In this document: positions 6,685-15,641 of the stretch, in pieces | Position numbering within the stretch: position 1 is the stretch's first letter | Layout: each line of letters starts with the position of its first letter | The notes under the pieces: generated by a model | Database searches by the model: none | Seen by the model: only the letters and a program-made list of their open reading frames with translations | What the model was told of the DNA's origin: nothing | Origin: Candidatus Ryanbacteria bacterium | GTDB lineage: Bacteria > Patescibacteriota > Minisyncoccia > Ryanbacterales > GWA2-47-10b | Assembly (NCBI GenBank): GCA_009691385.1 | Contig: SICQ01000001.1 | Location: 1-61,836, forward strand | Direction of reading: 5' to 3' | DNA: 61,836 nt | Translations under genes and position numbers: made by a program

Positions 6685-8343
6685 ATGTTTGATTTTTTAA
6701 AAACGATAGGGGATTTAACTACGGTAAATCTCCCGTTATGGCATAAAATCACGATTATTGTGGTAAATGCCCTTACACTCGCTTTAGTTGCAACCGTACT
6801 TAATCATAATTCAATAAAGAAACGCATCACCCAGCTATTTCTTGGTTTGGGGGTTTTCATGTTTCTTTGGGTTGATTTTGCTTACTTCGCAAGACTTGTG
6901 GGATCTTCCAATACGGAAGTTTCTCTACTCTTCTTAAGGATCGCGTGGACTGCTACTCCGCTCTTTTTCTGCTTCGTATATTTAACAACCATATATATTG
7001 TTGAGCGCAAACAACGTGATGTTTTTGTATACGGGGTCATCTCTCTTGCCTTTACTCTTGCTTTGGTGACTTGGTTCACAAATTATATTGTTGCCGGCGT
7101 AAGCTTCGTTGGTATCAATCTAGATATCGATTATGGAAAAGGTTTCTTTGGATTTTTATTTGGAATTTTAATAATTATGTGTGCAACACTTTTTCCATTA
7201 GTCCAGGGTGGAAAAAATGTTCGATTGAAACGGAACACATCCATATTTCTTGGAGGAGTAAGCATTTTTTATGTCAACAATCTTATATTTAATATTACCC
7301 TACCGGCTGTTTTTAATATTACGCATCTTTATTTTTTTGGTGATTACTCACTTCTTATCGTTATAGCAGTTACTGCCTATCTGATTTTACAGAAAGGATT
7401 TTTGGATATAAGGGTATTTTCCGCGGAATTATTTGTTTTTGCCTTGTGGGCCTTTATTTTATTAAGAATGACAATCGCGACCAACAACCAAGAGCGCCTT
7501 ATCAGTCTTGGGATGCTTGGCGCTGCAATTACGATAGGATTATTTCTGCTTAGGAGCATAGATAAAGAAGTTGAGTTGCGGAAAAAAATAGAATTACTCG
7601 CTGCTGATCTTGAAGTCGCCAATGCTGATCTCAAACGGCTTGATGAGGCCAAGTCTGACTTTATCTCAATCGCATCACATCAGCTGCGCACGCCACTCTC
7701 GATCATCAAGGGATATATCTCCATGATGCGCGAGGGCACCTACGGTAAACTTGAGACAAAGATTCATGATCCTTTGGAAAAAGTGTATGTATCAAACGAA
7801 CGCTTGATCACCTTGGTCAATGATTTGCTCGACCTCTCACGCATGGAGCGTGGACGCATGCAGTTTGATATGAAGCCCGTGCATCTATTAGAGATTCTTG
7901 ACCCCATCGTCACTGATTTTCAGATCGTGGCAAAAAATAAAAAGATGGAACTTGTGTGGGAAAAAGATTTTAAGACCGATGCGATGAGCGGTGATGTAAA
8001 CAAACTCCGCCAAGTAGCCCTCAACCTTGTAGATAATGCATTTAAATATACACCGTCGGGAAAGGTGGTAGTGAAGCTCGCACAAGAAGGCGATGCTATC
8101 AGATTTTCGGTCACTGACACAGGGCCGGGTTTGAGTGAGGAAGAATCGCGCAAGCTTTTCAAAAAATTTGTCCGCGGCAAAGAACAAAAGGCGACTCATA
8201 CCGAAGGCCTTGGCCTCGGGCTCTATGTAGCCAAACTCATCGCTGAAGCCCATGGTGGCTCCATCGGCGCCACCTCACCAGGCAAAGGCAAAGGCAGTAC
8301 TTTCTTTATGCTGCTACCGCTTGAAGCAGAGAAAAAGAAATAA
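6685..8343 (+). CDS. sensor histidine kinase with a multi-pass membrane N-terminal domain
   Basis: About 7-8 N-terminal TM helices, then a coiled coil. H-box SDFISIASHQLRTPLS, N-box LVDNAFKYT, G-boxes DTGPGL and GLGLGLYV. Confidence 0.9.
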   Translation: MFDFLKTIGDLTTVNLPLWHKITIIVVNALTLALVATVLNHNSIKKRITQLFLGLGVFMFLWVDFAYFARLVGSSNTEVSLLFLRIAWTATPLFFCFVYLTTIYIVERKQRDVFVYGVISLAFTLALVTWFTNYIVAGVSFVGINLDIDYGKGFFGFLFGILIIMCATLFPLVQGGKNVRLKRNTSIFLGGVSIFYVNNLIFNITLPAVFNITHLYFFGDYSLLIVIAVTAYLILQKGFLDIRVFSAELFVFALWAFILLRMTIATNNQERLISLGMLGAAITIGLFLLRSIDKEVELRKKIELLAADLEVANADLKRLDEAKSDFISIASHQLRTPLSIIKGYISMMREGTYGKLETKIHDPLEKVYVSNERLITLVNDLLDLSRMERGRMQFDMKPVHLLEILDPIVTDFQIVAKNKKMELVWEKDFKTDAMSGDVNKLRQVALNLVDNAFKYTPSGKVVVKLAQEGDAIRFSVTDTGPGLSEEESRKLFKKFVRGKEQKATHTEGLGLGLYVAKLIAEAHGGSIGATSPGKGKGSTFFMLLPLEAEKKK

Positions 8344-8394
8344 CTATTAGTAAGGTTTACAAACCTTTAAGCGGGTACGGATTTTTGAGAGTAA

Positions 8395-8428
8395 AAGATA
8401 ATTTCTGCTAAGAAATTATCTTTTTTGT
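8395..8428 (+). terminator. rho-independent terminator
   Basis: 12-bp stem AAGATAATTTCT/AGAAATTATCTT with loop GCTA and a T-run. Confidence 0.85.
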
Positions 8429-8524
8429 TTATACACAAGTAAACTCACACGCAATTACCATATAATAAACAGCAATAGGTCGCACTATTTATTTTATTTT
8501 TTTATTCAAAAAACTCTTACAGAT

Positions 8525-11500
8525 ATGAGTACACGATTGTTCATGAGATGGGGTTTGGTCGGTATCGTTGCTGCAGCCATGTTGGCGCCGCAACTTGCAT
8601 TGGCGGGTACCCCACGCCTTCAACTTAATAAATATAATTTTAACACTGGCGAAAGTGTCACACTTACGGTTACGGGCGCGGACGCAAATGCTGATGTGAT
8701 TGTGGTCTCATCAGACGCATCGGGTAGTTATTCAAACCCAGAGATGACGCTTGATCGTACTGATGCGAGTGGCCGATGGACATCTCCCGGGTATCCGATC
8801 ACACGAGATTTTCGTTCGAGCTGTGATTATGAAACATATGTCATGGTTAATGGCAAACAAAGTAACAAAGAAAGTTACTGCGTCACGCGCACGACAGAAA
8901 ATCCATCAGGCGTTCATGGGTATGTCGTAGAGACACAAAACTCATTTCAATATATTGAAACAACAGTCGAGATTGATGGAACCAAACGCGTATCTACATC
9001 GGGTGGATTTTATGAAACGCGCGACCTCGAACCAGGACGACACACCATCACCGTACAAACTCCACACTTCACTACGGAGCAAAGAGCTACTAACCCCGAA
9101 TATAATATATGTAGCGGAGGCGCCGACTGTGGTAGAAATTCTGGTGGATGGAGTAGCGGTGATACCGCAAGCTTCAATGTGACTGAAGGAAATATTGCGA
9201 CCGTATATTTTCGATTTCTTGTCACTAATCACAATGGAATTCCCACGCCTCCCGGCGGCACTGAACCTGAACCATGCAATGCGACCCATGGCTCATGTTC
9301 GGCAGGTCAGATAAATACTTATCGTTGTAGAAACGCAGTCAACTATCAGAAGTGTGAAAGAAAAGATGCTAACAATGATGGTTTTGCTATCTACTGTTGG
9401 AATGCACCAAATCAATGTCCTGCAAATGCGTCTATCTGCACTGGCAGTGCGGGTAATAGTATCACTGATGACCCGAACAACCCCCACGACATCCCTGTGT
9501 GCACTAACGCTCTCCAAGGCCCCACACCATCTACTATCTATTCAGTGGGTGGACAAGTTGAGGTGACAGAAAATGGTGTCAATGTACGCAGTGCGCCAGC
9601 GGGCGGTATAGCGGGTACTCGCAACGCGGGAGCTCAAGGTACTATTGCTGCAAGTCCTGCAATCCCCGCAAGGCTTGACGGCGTGTGGCATCAATGGTGG
9701 AAAGTAAACTTTAGCAATTTAACAGGTTGGGTGACAGAAGGATTTTTGCGACCTGCAGGTAGTAGCGCTGGCAACTATGTAGACGCCGGTAATAATGTTT
9801 CGGGCACTTTCCCAAGTGGCGCCAGCAAGCTCTACAGCTATCTCAATGCGTCAGTGTATGTAAATGGTGCAAAGCGTGATGACATCCAAAACAATGGCTT
9901 TGTCATGTGGAGGGTAACTTCCAAAGATGGTGCTGCGTGTGGTGCTGACAATTGTGGCGTAGTCTTTGAACCAATACCAAACGGTAACCAAGCTCAAGAC
10001 CCAACCGCGGTATTTTCTAGCAAAGGAAGCTACCAGCTTCAGTTTTGCGCACCATTTATATTGCCGTGTGACACGATCACCGCTGACATTCGCCAAGGAG
10101 GTACTATCGACTGTGATCAGGACGTACAACAGAGGTATCTTGCTAGATGGTGTCCACCCGGCTTTAATCCTACTAGGGTATCATGGGGTACCAGCGGAGC
10201 TTTCCCTAGCAACCCATCGGGTCCCTATCACGCGTGCAATATCCGCAACCTTCCCGTTGGTGGTATCAACGCTGGCGGATGCAGTGGTAAATACAGTTGG
10301 CCCAATGGCGGTGATGATACTACAGCACGCACACCATCAACGCCTACCTTTAATGATGGAGCTGATGCATACGGCTATGCTCACATTGTAGCTGAGGCAT
10401 GGAATTCAAACTGGACACGCGCACTCAATCTCAATGGCATCCCGACACGATCAGGCCAATGGAATATTGCGGCGCGCTATATGGCACACGGTGTTAGGCA
10501 AGACGGCCCATATAAATGGCTGGGTATCCCCCCCGCGTATGCTGATTTTTTCCCAGAATCACACGCGAGTACCTATGTATCACCCGAAGCATTAGCATCA
10601 GGCCCCGGTCAGCTCCCGCTCTGCATGCAAGACTATAGTGTAAACGCTCAAGTATATGGTTATGCAAAAGGTTGGTGGGGTTTGCCGAGTGGTATGAACC
10701 CTGATGGCGCGCGTCCTGGTCGTCGTATACCACAAACTGGTAAATGCGTACCTGACTGGAGACATTGGCGAGCCAACATCAATCCAATCCCTCAATACAC
10801 CGGAGGCCCCGGCCCAAGCGCTGTAAGTGGTAATTGTGGAGGTCCTACCAGTACTGCTGATGAAGTAGTATGTGGATCCGCAGAAGATCAGTTTTACTGC
10901 ACCGCAAATAAAACAAGAGCCGCTATCGGCGAGGCAGTCACCTTTACTGCGTTTGGCGCAACACCACTCGAGTGGAACGCAAATATCGGTGCAACACCAC
11001 GCCAACAATCTGCCGGGCAATCGTTTACCACTACATGGAATTCAGTAAGCGGTTCAATGAACCAAACTGTGAGCTTTACGCATCGTACTGATGGTAGCGT
11101 CCAATCCGAAAGCTGTAGCGTATTGCTCTATGATCCAAATCCAGCGCCTCCTCCACCGCCACCAGCGCCCGTAGGTCCTCTGAATTGTTCGGGCGGTGAC
11201 GCGTCAGCAGGTACTGTGGCGGGCACGGTAACTCTCCGCGCGTTTGATGTGACCGGCGGTAGCTCAATGTCATTTGGTGTCTACCCCGTACGCAATGGTG
11301 TCCGTCAATACGAGCTTGCCAAGTGGCCGGGTGGCGTGCGTGTAGGTGCTTCAAATACTTTCCGCGGCACGCTAACAGCAGCACAACTCTCCGATGGAAA
11401 CTTTGGCAATGGCCGCTACGGTGTCAATATTTGGCTCTGGGGTAGGCCTGACGATGCGACTGATGACAGACGGTGTGCTACATATGATTTTGTAAAATCA

Positions 11501-12877
11501 GGCGATACTATTACGATTCCTACGCCGGACTTGCCCCCACCTCCTCCGCCAGCCGTAACACCTCCACCACCTCCTGTCGCGCCACCCCCACCAGCAGGGC
11601 CGTTGCCACCACCGTCATGTACTTTGACGCCGACTCCTGGTGGTACCTCAAAAGCAATCAACACTAGATTTGGCGTGACATGGGCCGCTACCAATGCTGA
11701 TTATATTTCAGTCGCAGGCCCCGGTTGGAGTGGCACAATTGATTGCGGACTTCATGATGACAACGGCGATGGTATAGGTGACCGGTTTGATCCAGTGTAT
11801 GCTACTCCGTATTCATGTCGCGCGGCATTCTTGCGTACTGCAAGCGGTGGTGGATATGATCTTGGTACGCAGGGCACGTGGGGCAACCTCTACATGCGTG
11901 AAGCAGGTAGCGCCAATGTAACTGCAACACCAAAACGCTATGACGGCGCTAGTGGCGCACCATGTGCGCTTACTATCACCACATCAGGAGGCGGCCCAAC
12001 CCCTCCACCTCCGCCTCCGCCGCCGGCTCCCACAGCACCTCGCTGTCGCCTCAATGGAACCCTTGGCAATTCGTCTGTTACAAAAACCGTAGGTGATCGA
12101 TTTGAAGTCCCTTGGGCATGGGAAAACGCTGATTATATCACCGTCTCAACTCCATGGGCTGGAACGGTTGATTGTGGCAAACGTGCTGATGGCACCTTTG
12201 ATCCAAATTACTTCCCGTACCCGTACAAGTGTTTTAGAGATTTCATGTCCTCTCCAACTCCGTACGATCTTCGTTCAACGGGGCAGTGGGGCAATCTCTA
12301 TATGCGTGAAGCGGGTACCGCGCGCGTAACCATCACACCAAAGCGCAATGACGGGACTACGGGCGCATCATGTACTCTCACCATTACTGGCACTGGTACT
12401 CTCGTAGCGCCACCCCCACCACCCGTAGCGCCTCCGCCGCCTCCAGCGGCAGCGCAAGCACCAACATATTATAACCATGAATGTTCGGTCACTAGCGTCA
12501 CACAGCTCGGTGGTGGTCGCGTCAAATTACGCGTCGTAGGCGGTACGGCATTGCCTGATTCTGTTGGTTTCTGGAATCTCTCACGGGGCGTCGGCACTGC
12601 TACATGGGTTGGTCGTGGAGTATGGACCACTATCAACTCAACTACCTATGATGTGACATTGAGTGCGGTAGATCACGCGAACACCTACGGCAGATATCAG
12701 GCAAGTTTCTGGAAGTGGGGTACAAGTGATGCGACAAATATCCTGTGCTCGGAAGCACAGTTTGATATCCCACGCCCTACTGCTGCTACAAGCGGTAGCG
12801 ATGTGAGCGCTCTTGCGGATACTCTGCAAGGCCTTCGCAGCATGCTATTGGGCTTACAGTCAGCTCTCGGGCAATAA
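8525..12877 (+). CDS. giant secreted modular protein (1450 aa) rich in Cys, Trp and Pro, with an SH3b-like domain and poly-proline linkers
   Basis: Signal peptide ...VAAAMLAPQLALAG. SH3b-like segment VNVRSAPAGG...WWKVNF..LTGWVTEGFL (about 9539-9752). Four poly-Pro linkers and duplicated modules. No membrane anchor or sortase motif seen at the C-terminus. Confidence 0.85.
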   Translation: MSTRLFMRWGLVGIVAAAMLAPQLALAGTPRLQLNKYNFNTGESVTLTVTGADANADVIVVSSDASGSYSNPEMTLDRTDASGRWTSPGYPITRDFRSSCDYETYVMVNGKQSNKESYCVTRTTENPSGVHGYVVETQNSFQYIETTVEIDGTKRVSTSGGFYETRDLEPGRHTITVQTPHFTTEQRATNPEYNICSGGADCGRNSGGWSSGDTASFNVTEGNIATVYFRFLVTNHNGIPTPPGGTEPEPCNATHGSCSAGQINTYRCRNAVNYQKCERKDANNDGFAIYCWNAPNQCPANASICTGSAGNSITDDPNNPHDIPVCTNALQGPTPSTIYSVGGQVEVTENGVNVRSAPAGGIAGTRNAGAQGTIAASPAIPARLDGVWHQWWKVNFSNLTGWVTEGFLRPAGSSAGNYVDAGNNVSGTFPSGASKLYSYLNASVYVNGAKRDDIQNNGFVMWRVTSKDGAACGADNCGVVFEPIPNGNQAQDPTAVFSSKGSYQLQFCAPFILPCDTITADIRQGGTIDCDQDVQQRYLARWCPPGFNPTRVSWGTSGAFPSNPSGPYHACNIRNLPVGGINAGGCSGKYSWPNGGDDTTARTPSTPTFNDGADAYGYAHIVAEAWNSNWTRALNLNGIPTRSGQWNIAARYMAHGVRQDGPYKWLGIPPAYADFFPESHASTYVSPEALASGPGQLPLCMQDYSVNAQVYGYAKGWWGLPSGMNPDGARPGRRIPQTGKCVPDWRHWRANINPIPQYTGGPGPSAVSGNCGGPTSTADEVVCGSAEDQFYCTANKTRAAIGEAVTFTAFGATPLEWNANIGATPRQQSAGQSFTTTWNSVSGSMNQTVSFTHRTDGSVQSESCSVLLYDPNPAPPPPPPAPVGPLNCSGGDASAGTVAGTVTLRAFDVTGGSSMSFGVYPVRNGVRQYELAKWPGGVRVGASNTFRGTLTAAQLSDGNFGNGRYGVNIWLWGRPDDATDDRRCATYDFVKSGDTITIPTPDLPPPPPPAVTPPPPPVAPPPPAGPLPPPSCTLTPTPGGTSKAINTRFGVTWAATNADYISVAGPGWSGTIDCGLHDDNGDGIGDRFDPVYATPYSCRAAFLRTASGGGYDLGTQGTWGNLYMREAGSANVTATPKRYDGASGAPCALTITTSGGGPTPPPPPPPPAPTAPRCRLNGTLGNSSVTKTVGDRFEVPWAWENADYITVSTPWAGTVDCGKRADGTFDPNYFPYPYKCFRDFMSSPTPYDLRSTGQWGNLYMREAGTARVTITPKRNDGTTGASCTLTITGTGTLVAPPPPPVAPPPPPAAAQAPTYYNHECSVTSVTQLGGGRVKLRVVGGTALPDSVGFWNLSRGVGTATWVGRGVWTTINSTTYDVTLSAVDHANTYGRYQASFWKWGTSDATNILCSEAQFDIPRPTAATSGSDVSALADTLQGLRSMLLGLQSALGQ
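11180..11518 (+). repeat. module B, copy 1 (in-frame protein repeat)
   Basis: LNCSGG...NGRYGVNIWLWGRPDDATDDRRCATYDF shares the GRY..W.WG..DAT...C...FD core with copy 2. Bounded by poly-Pro linkers 11138-11179 and 11519-11614. Confidence 0.6.
11615..11995 (+). repeat. module A, copy 1 (in-frame protein repeat)
   Basis: SCTLTPTPGG...NADYISV...DCG...WGNLYMREAGSANVTATPKRYDGASGAPCALTIT aligns along its length with copy 2. Confidence 0.8.
12041..12409 (+). repeat. module A, copy 2 (in-frame protein repeat)
   Basis: RCRLNGTLGN...NADYITV...DCG...WGNLYMREAGTARVTITPKRNDGTTGASCTLTIT. Bounded by poly-Pro linkers 11996-12040 and 12410-12445. Confidence 0.8.
12467..12772 (+). repeat. module B, copy 2 (in-frame protein repeat)
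   Basis: YYNHECSV...YGRYQASFWKWGTSDATNILCSEAQFDIP is distantly related to copy 1. Confidence 0.6.
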
Positions 12878-12898
12878 TTTCCTTTTGGCGCAGGCACC

Positions 12899-12930
12899 AA
12901 AACCCCCGCACTATGCGGGGGTTTTGTTTC
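12899..12930 (+). terminator. rho-independent terminator
   Basis: AAAACCCCCGC-ACTAT-GCGGGGGTTTTGTTTC: a 7-bp GC stem flanked by A and T runs. Confidence 0.8.
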
Positions 12931-12947
12931 TTGGTATATTAAAATCT

Positions 12948-14348
12948 ATGGAAAAGCGGATTCATATTGTAGATACTCCAAATCATGTAGGCCGAGAAGT
13001 TGAGCTCGCCGGTTGGGTTGATGTACGCCGTGACCATGGCAAGCTTATTTTCATTGATCTCCGCGATGAATCTGGCGTAGTGCAGATGGTAGTGCCGCCA
13101 GACAACAAAGATTTGCATGATACTGCCGACCAAGTACGCACCGAGTGGGTGATTGGTGTACAAGGCCTCGTCAAAGAGCGCCCCGCCAAAATGAAAAACG
13201 ATAAATTGCCAACAGGCGGCGTTGAAATTGAAGTCAAAGGTATCACCATACTAAACTCCGCAGAAACTCCGGTATTTGAATTGGCAGGTGATGGCTACGA
13301 AGTAAGTGAAGAAGTGCGCCTCAAATATCGCTATCTTGATCTGCGAAGAGCACGACTCCAGCACAATATCCGTTTGCGATCAACATTAGTAGACTCTATC
13401 CGCCAGTATCTTTTTGCAAAATCATTTGTCGAGATCGAAACGCCTTATCTGACGAAAGCCACTGCTGAGGGTTCACGCGACTTTTTAGTACCCTCACGCC
13501 TTCAGCAAGGTCAGTTCTACGCGCTCCCGCAAAGCCCGCAACAATATAAACAGCTCATCATGGCTTCTGGCTTTGAGCGATATTTTCAAATCGCCCGATG
13601 TTTTCGCGATGAAGACTTGCGTGCGGATAGGGGATTTGAACACACTCAACTTGATGTTGAGATGAGTTTTATAAAACAAGAAGATATACTTAGCACCGTA
13701 GAGCATATGATGATTGAGATCGCAGAAAAATTGGGCAAAAAAATAAAAGAAACACCGTTCCCACGCTTTACCTATGCTGAAGCTATGGAAAAATTTGGCG
13801 CGGATAAGTTCGATCTACGTACCGAAGAAGAAAAGAATGACGGCACGCTTGCATTTGCGTGGGTCACACACTTTCCATTTTTTGAACGCACCGAAAGTGG
13901 TGGGTGGACTTTTACCCACAACCCATTTTCAAATACGGTGCCTGAACATCGCGAAAAACTTTTGGCAGGTGAGATTGAGTCAATTATCGCCGATCAATAT
14001 GACCTCGTGCTCAACGGGTATGAAGCGGGTGGCGGTAGCATCCGTGCGCATGAGCCTGAAGTGCTTAAAAAAGTATTGGGGGTGATGGGCTTTGGTGATG
14101 AAAAGATTGAACGCGAATATGGTCACATGTTAGAAGCGTTTCGCCGTGGCACGCCTCCACATGGCGGCATCGCGCTCGGCATTGATCGCCTCACTATGTG
14201 TTTTGCAGGCGAGACAGCGCTCCGCGAAGTACAGGCATTTCCTATGACAGCTAGCGGCAAAACATCGGTGATGGACGCACCTACCGATGTATCGCCTGAA
14301 CAACTTCTCGAGTTTGGAATTCAAATCAAGAAAAAACCCGCCGCGTAG
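12948..14348 (+). CDS. aspS: aspartyl-tRNA synthetase, bacterial type but lacking the GAD insertion domain
   Basis: OB-fold N-terminus GWVDVRRDHGKLIFIDLRD. QSPQQYKQLIM and motif 2 FRDEDLRADRGFEHTQLDVEMSF. Motif 3 GIALGIDRL. The ATG at 12948 follows the terminator, so the 12813 ORF extension is rejected. Confidence 0.9.
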   Translation: MEKRIHIVDTPNHVGREVELAGWVDVRRDHGKLIFIDLRDESGVVQMVVPPDNKDLHDTADQVRTEWVIGVQGLVKERPAKMKNDKLPTGGVEIEVKGITILNSAETPVFELAGDGYEVSEEVRLKYRYLDLRRARLQHNIRLRSTLVDSIRQYLFAKSFVEIETPYLTKATAEGSRDFLVPSRLQQGQFYALPQSPQQYKQLIMASGFERYFQIARCFRDEDLRADRGFEHTQLDVEMSFIKQEDILSTVEHMMIEIAEKLGKKIKETPFPRFTYAEAMEKFGADKFDLRTEEEKNDGTLAFAWVTHFPFFERTESGGWTFTHNPFSNTVPEHREKLLAGEIESIIADQYDLVLNGYEAGGGSIRAHEPEVLKKVLGVMGFGDEKIEREYGHMLEAFRRGTPPHGGIALGIDRLTMCFAGETALREVQAFPMTASGKTSVMDAPTDVSPEQLLEFGIQIKKKPAA

Positions 14349-14358
14349 GCGGTTTTTT
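14331..14358 (+). terminator. rho-independent terminator overlapping the aspS stop
   Basis: AAAAAACCCGCC-GCGTA-GGCGGTTTTTTC: a 5-bp GC stem with flanking A and T runs. Confidence 0.6.
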
Positions 14359-14395
14359 CTTTGTTGTTAGCTCATTTTTTGGCTATACTACACGC

Positions 14396-15127
14396 GTGGC
14401 ATACAAAGTACGCGTAAAAAAATTTGAAGGGCCACTCGAGCTCCTCTACGACCTGATCGAGACCAAAAAACTCTCGATAAACGAAGTATCTCTTGGTAGT
14501 GTCACCGAGGATTATTTTCGTTATATTGAAGACCTTAAGGCCAAGCTGGGTGAAAGCTACCACGAAGAGCTTGCTGATTTTTTGGTCATCGCTTCAACCC
14601 TCATCCTCATCAAATCGCGCTCGCTCCTGCCCGGCTTTATGCTCACACGCGAGGAAGAAGTGGACATCAAAGAGCTCGAAGATCGCCTTAAAGCGTACCA
14701 GATCGTCAAACATATGGCTGACGCGCTCGGCGCACGAGTCAAAGCTCGCCAAGAGCTTTTTGGGCGCGAACCGCTTGTACTCGTCGCCCCATCGTTTTTA
14801 CCACCCGCAAAGGGCATTGATCTAAATCGTATGATTTTTTTGTTGCGTGAAATTATCACCGCGATCCCACAGAAAAATGAACTACCCCAGCGTACGGTCA
14901 AGAAAATTATTTCAATCGAGGAAAAGATCAAAGAGCTTGAAGAGCGAATATCGAGCGGTATGGTAAAAACCTTTCATGATTTTGTAGGCAACAAGACAGA
15001 GAAGGTTTCGGTCGTCGTCACTTTTTTGGCGATGCTCGAACTTATCAAACTTGGTGCCATTGCCGTGCGTCAATCGTCAAATTTTGATTTAATACATATT
15101 GAACATGGACGAACTGAACAACAATAA
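14396..15127 (+). CDS. scpA: segregation and condensation protein A
   Basis: FEGPLELLYDLIETKKLSINEVSLGSVTEDY is the ScpA N-terminal signature. GTG start. Confidence 0.85.
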   Translation: MAYKVRVKKFEGPLELLYDLIETKKLSINEVSLGSVTEDYFRYIEDLKAKLGESYHEELADFLVIASTLILIKSRSLLPGFMLTREEEVDIKELEDRLKAYQIVKHMADALGARVKARQELFGREPLVLVAPSFLPPAKGIDLNRMIFLLREIITAIPQKNELPQRTVKKIISIEEKIKELEERISSGMVKTFHDFVGNKTEKVSVVVTFLAMLELIKLGAIAVRQSSNFDLIHIEHGRTEQQ

Positions 15128-15641
15128 CTTACCCCAATCACTCGAAGCACTCTTGTTTGTATCAGGCGAGCCGCTCGCACTCAAAGATTTGGCGCGCCTT
15201 TCTGGTGCGGATAAGCGTGAGGTTGCAAAAGCATTAAACACACTTAAAGACCAACTTACCCTGCATGGCATACGGCTTTTGCAGAGTGAAGATACCTATA
15301 CGCTCGTGACCGCACCCGAGACGAGCGAAGTGTCAGCTCGTATCGCCAAAGAACGACTTGAAGGCGACCTGACGCGCTCACAGTTAGAAGCACTTGCGAT
15401 TATTTTATGGAAAGGCCGCGTATCACGCTCGAGCATTGATTATGTCCGTGGGGTCAATTCGGCATTTGCGCTCCGCGCGCTTTTGATCCGCGGGCTTATC
15501 GAACGCTCACAAGATGAGCATGACGCGCGCGTATTTTTGTATCGCCCCACACTCGATCTTTTTAAATATCTCGGTATCACCTCGAGCGCGGAGCTGCCAA
15601 GCTACGACGATATAGCAAAAGACCTTAAAGACCATGGGTGA
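15105..15641 (+). CDS. scpB: segregation and condensation protein B
   Basis: LEALLFVSGEPLALKDLARL followed by a winged-helix pair. It overlaps the scpA end. ATG at 15105 (a TTG at 15099 is also in frame). Confidence 0.85.
   Translation: MDELNNNNLPQSLEALLFVSGEPLALKDLARLSGADKREVAKALNTLKDQLTLHGIRLLQSEDTYTLVTAPETSEVSARIAKERLEGDLTRSQLEALAIILWKGRVSRSSIDYVRGVNSAFALRALLIRGLIERSQDEHDARVFLYRPTLDLFKYLGITSSAELPSYDDIAKDLKDHG

Noticed and set aside
8431-8524. Promoter for the giant gene (TATAAT at 8461-8466)
   Set aside because: The -10 is perfect, but no acceptable -35 lies at 16-18 nt, and the region is generally AT-rich, so the match may be fortuitous.
11615-12409. Diversity-generating retroelement (template and variable repeat) explanation for the A1/A2 repeat
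   Set aside because: Differences between the copies are not adenine-specific: C/T, A/G and multi-nucleotide changes all occur. The copies are in-frame modules of one protein, and no reverse transcriptase or Avd gene is in the window.
11138-12445. CRISPR-like or microsatellite periodicity of CCNCCNCC tracts
   Set aside because: The tracts are in-frame proline codons forming protein linkers of unequal length. There is no repeat-spacer architecture.
12813-12947. N-terminal extension of the aspS ORF
   Set aside because: It would overlap the end of the giant gene and run through the terminator at 12899-12930. The AspRS homology begins at the ATG at 12948.
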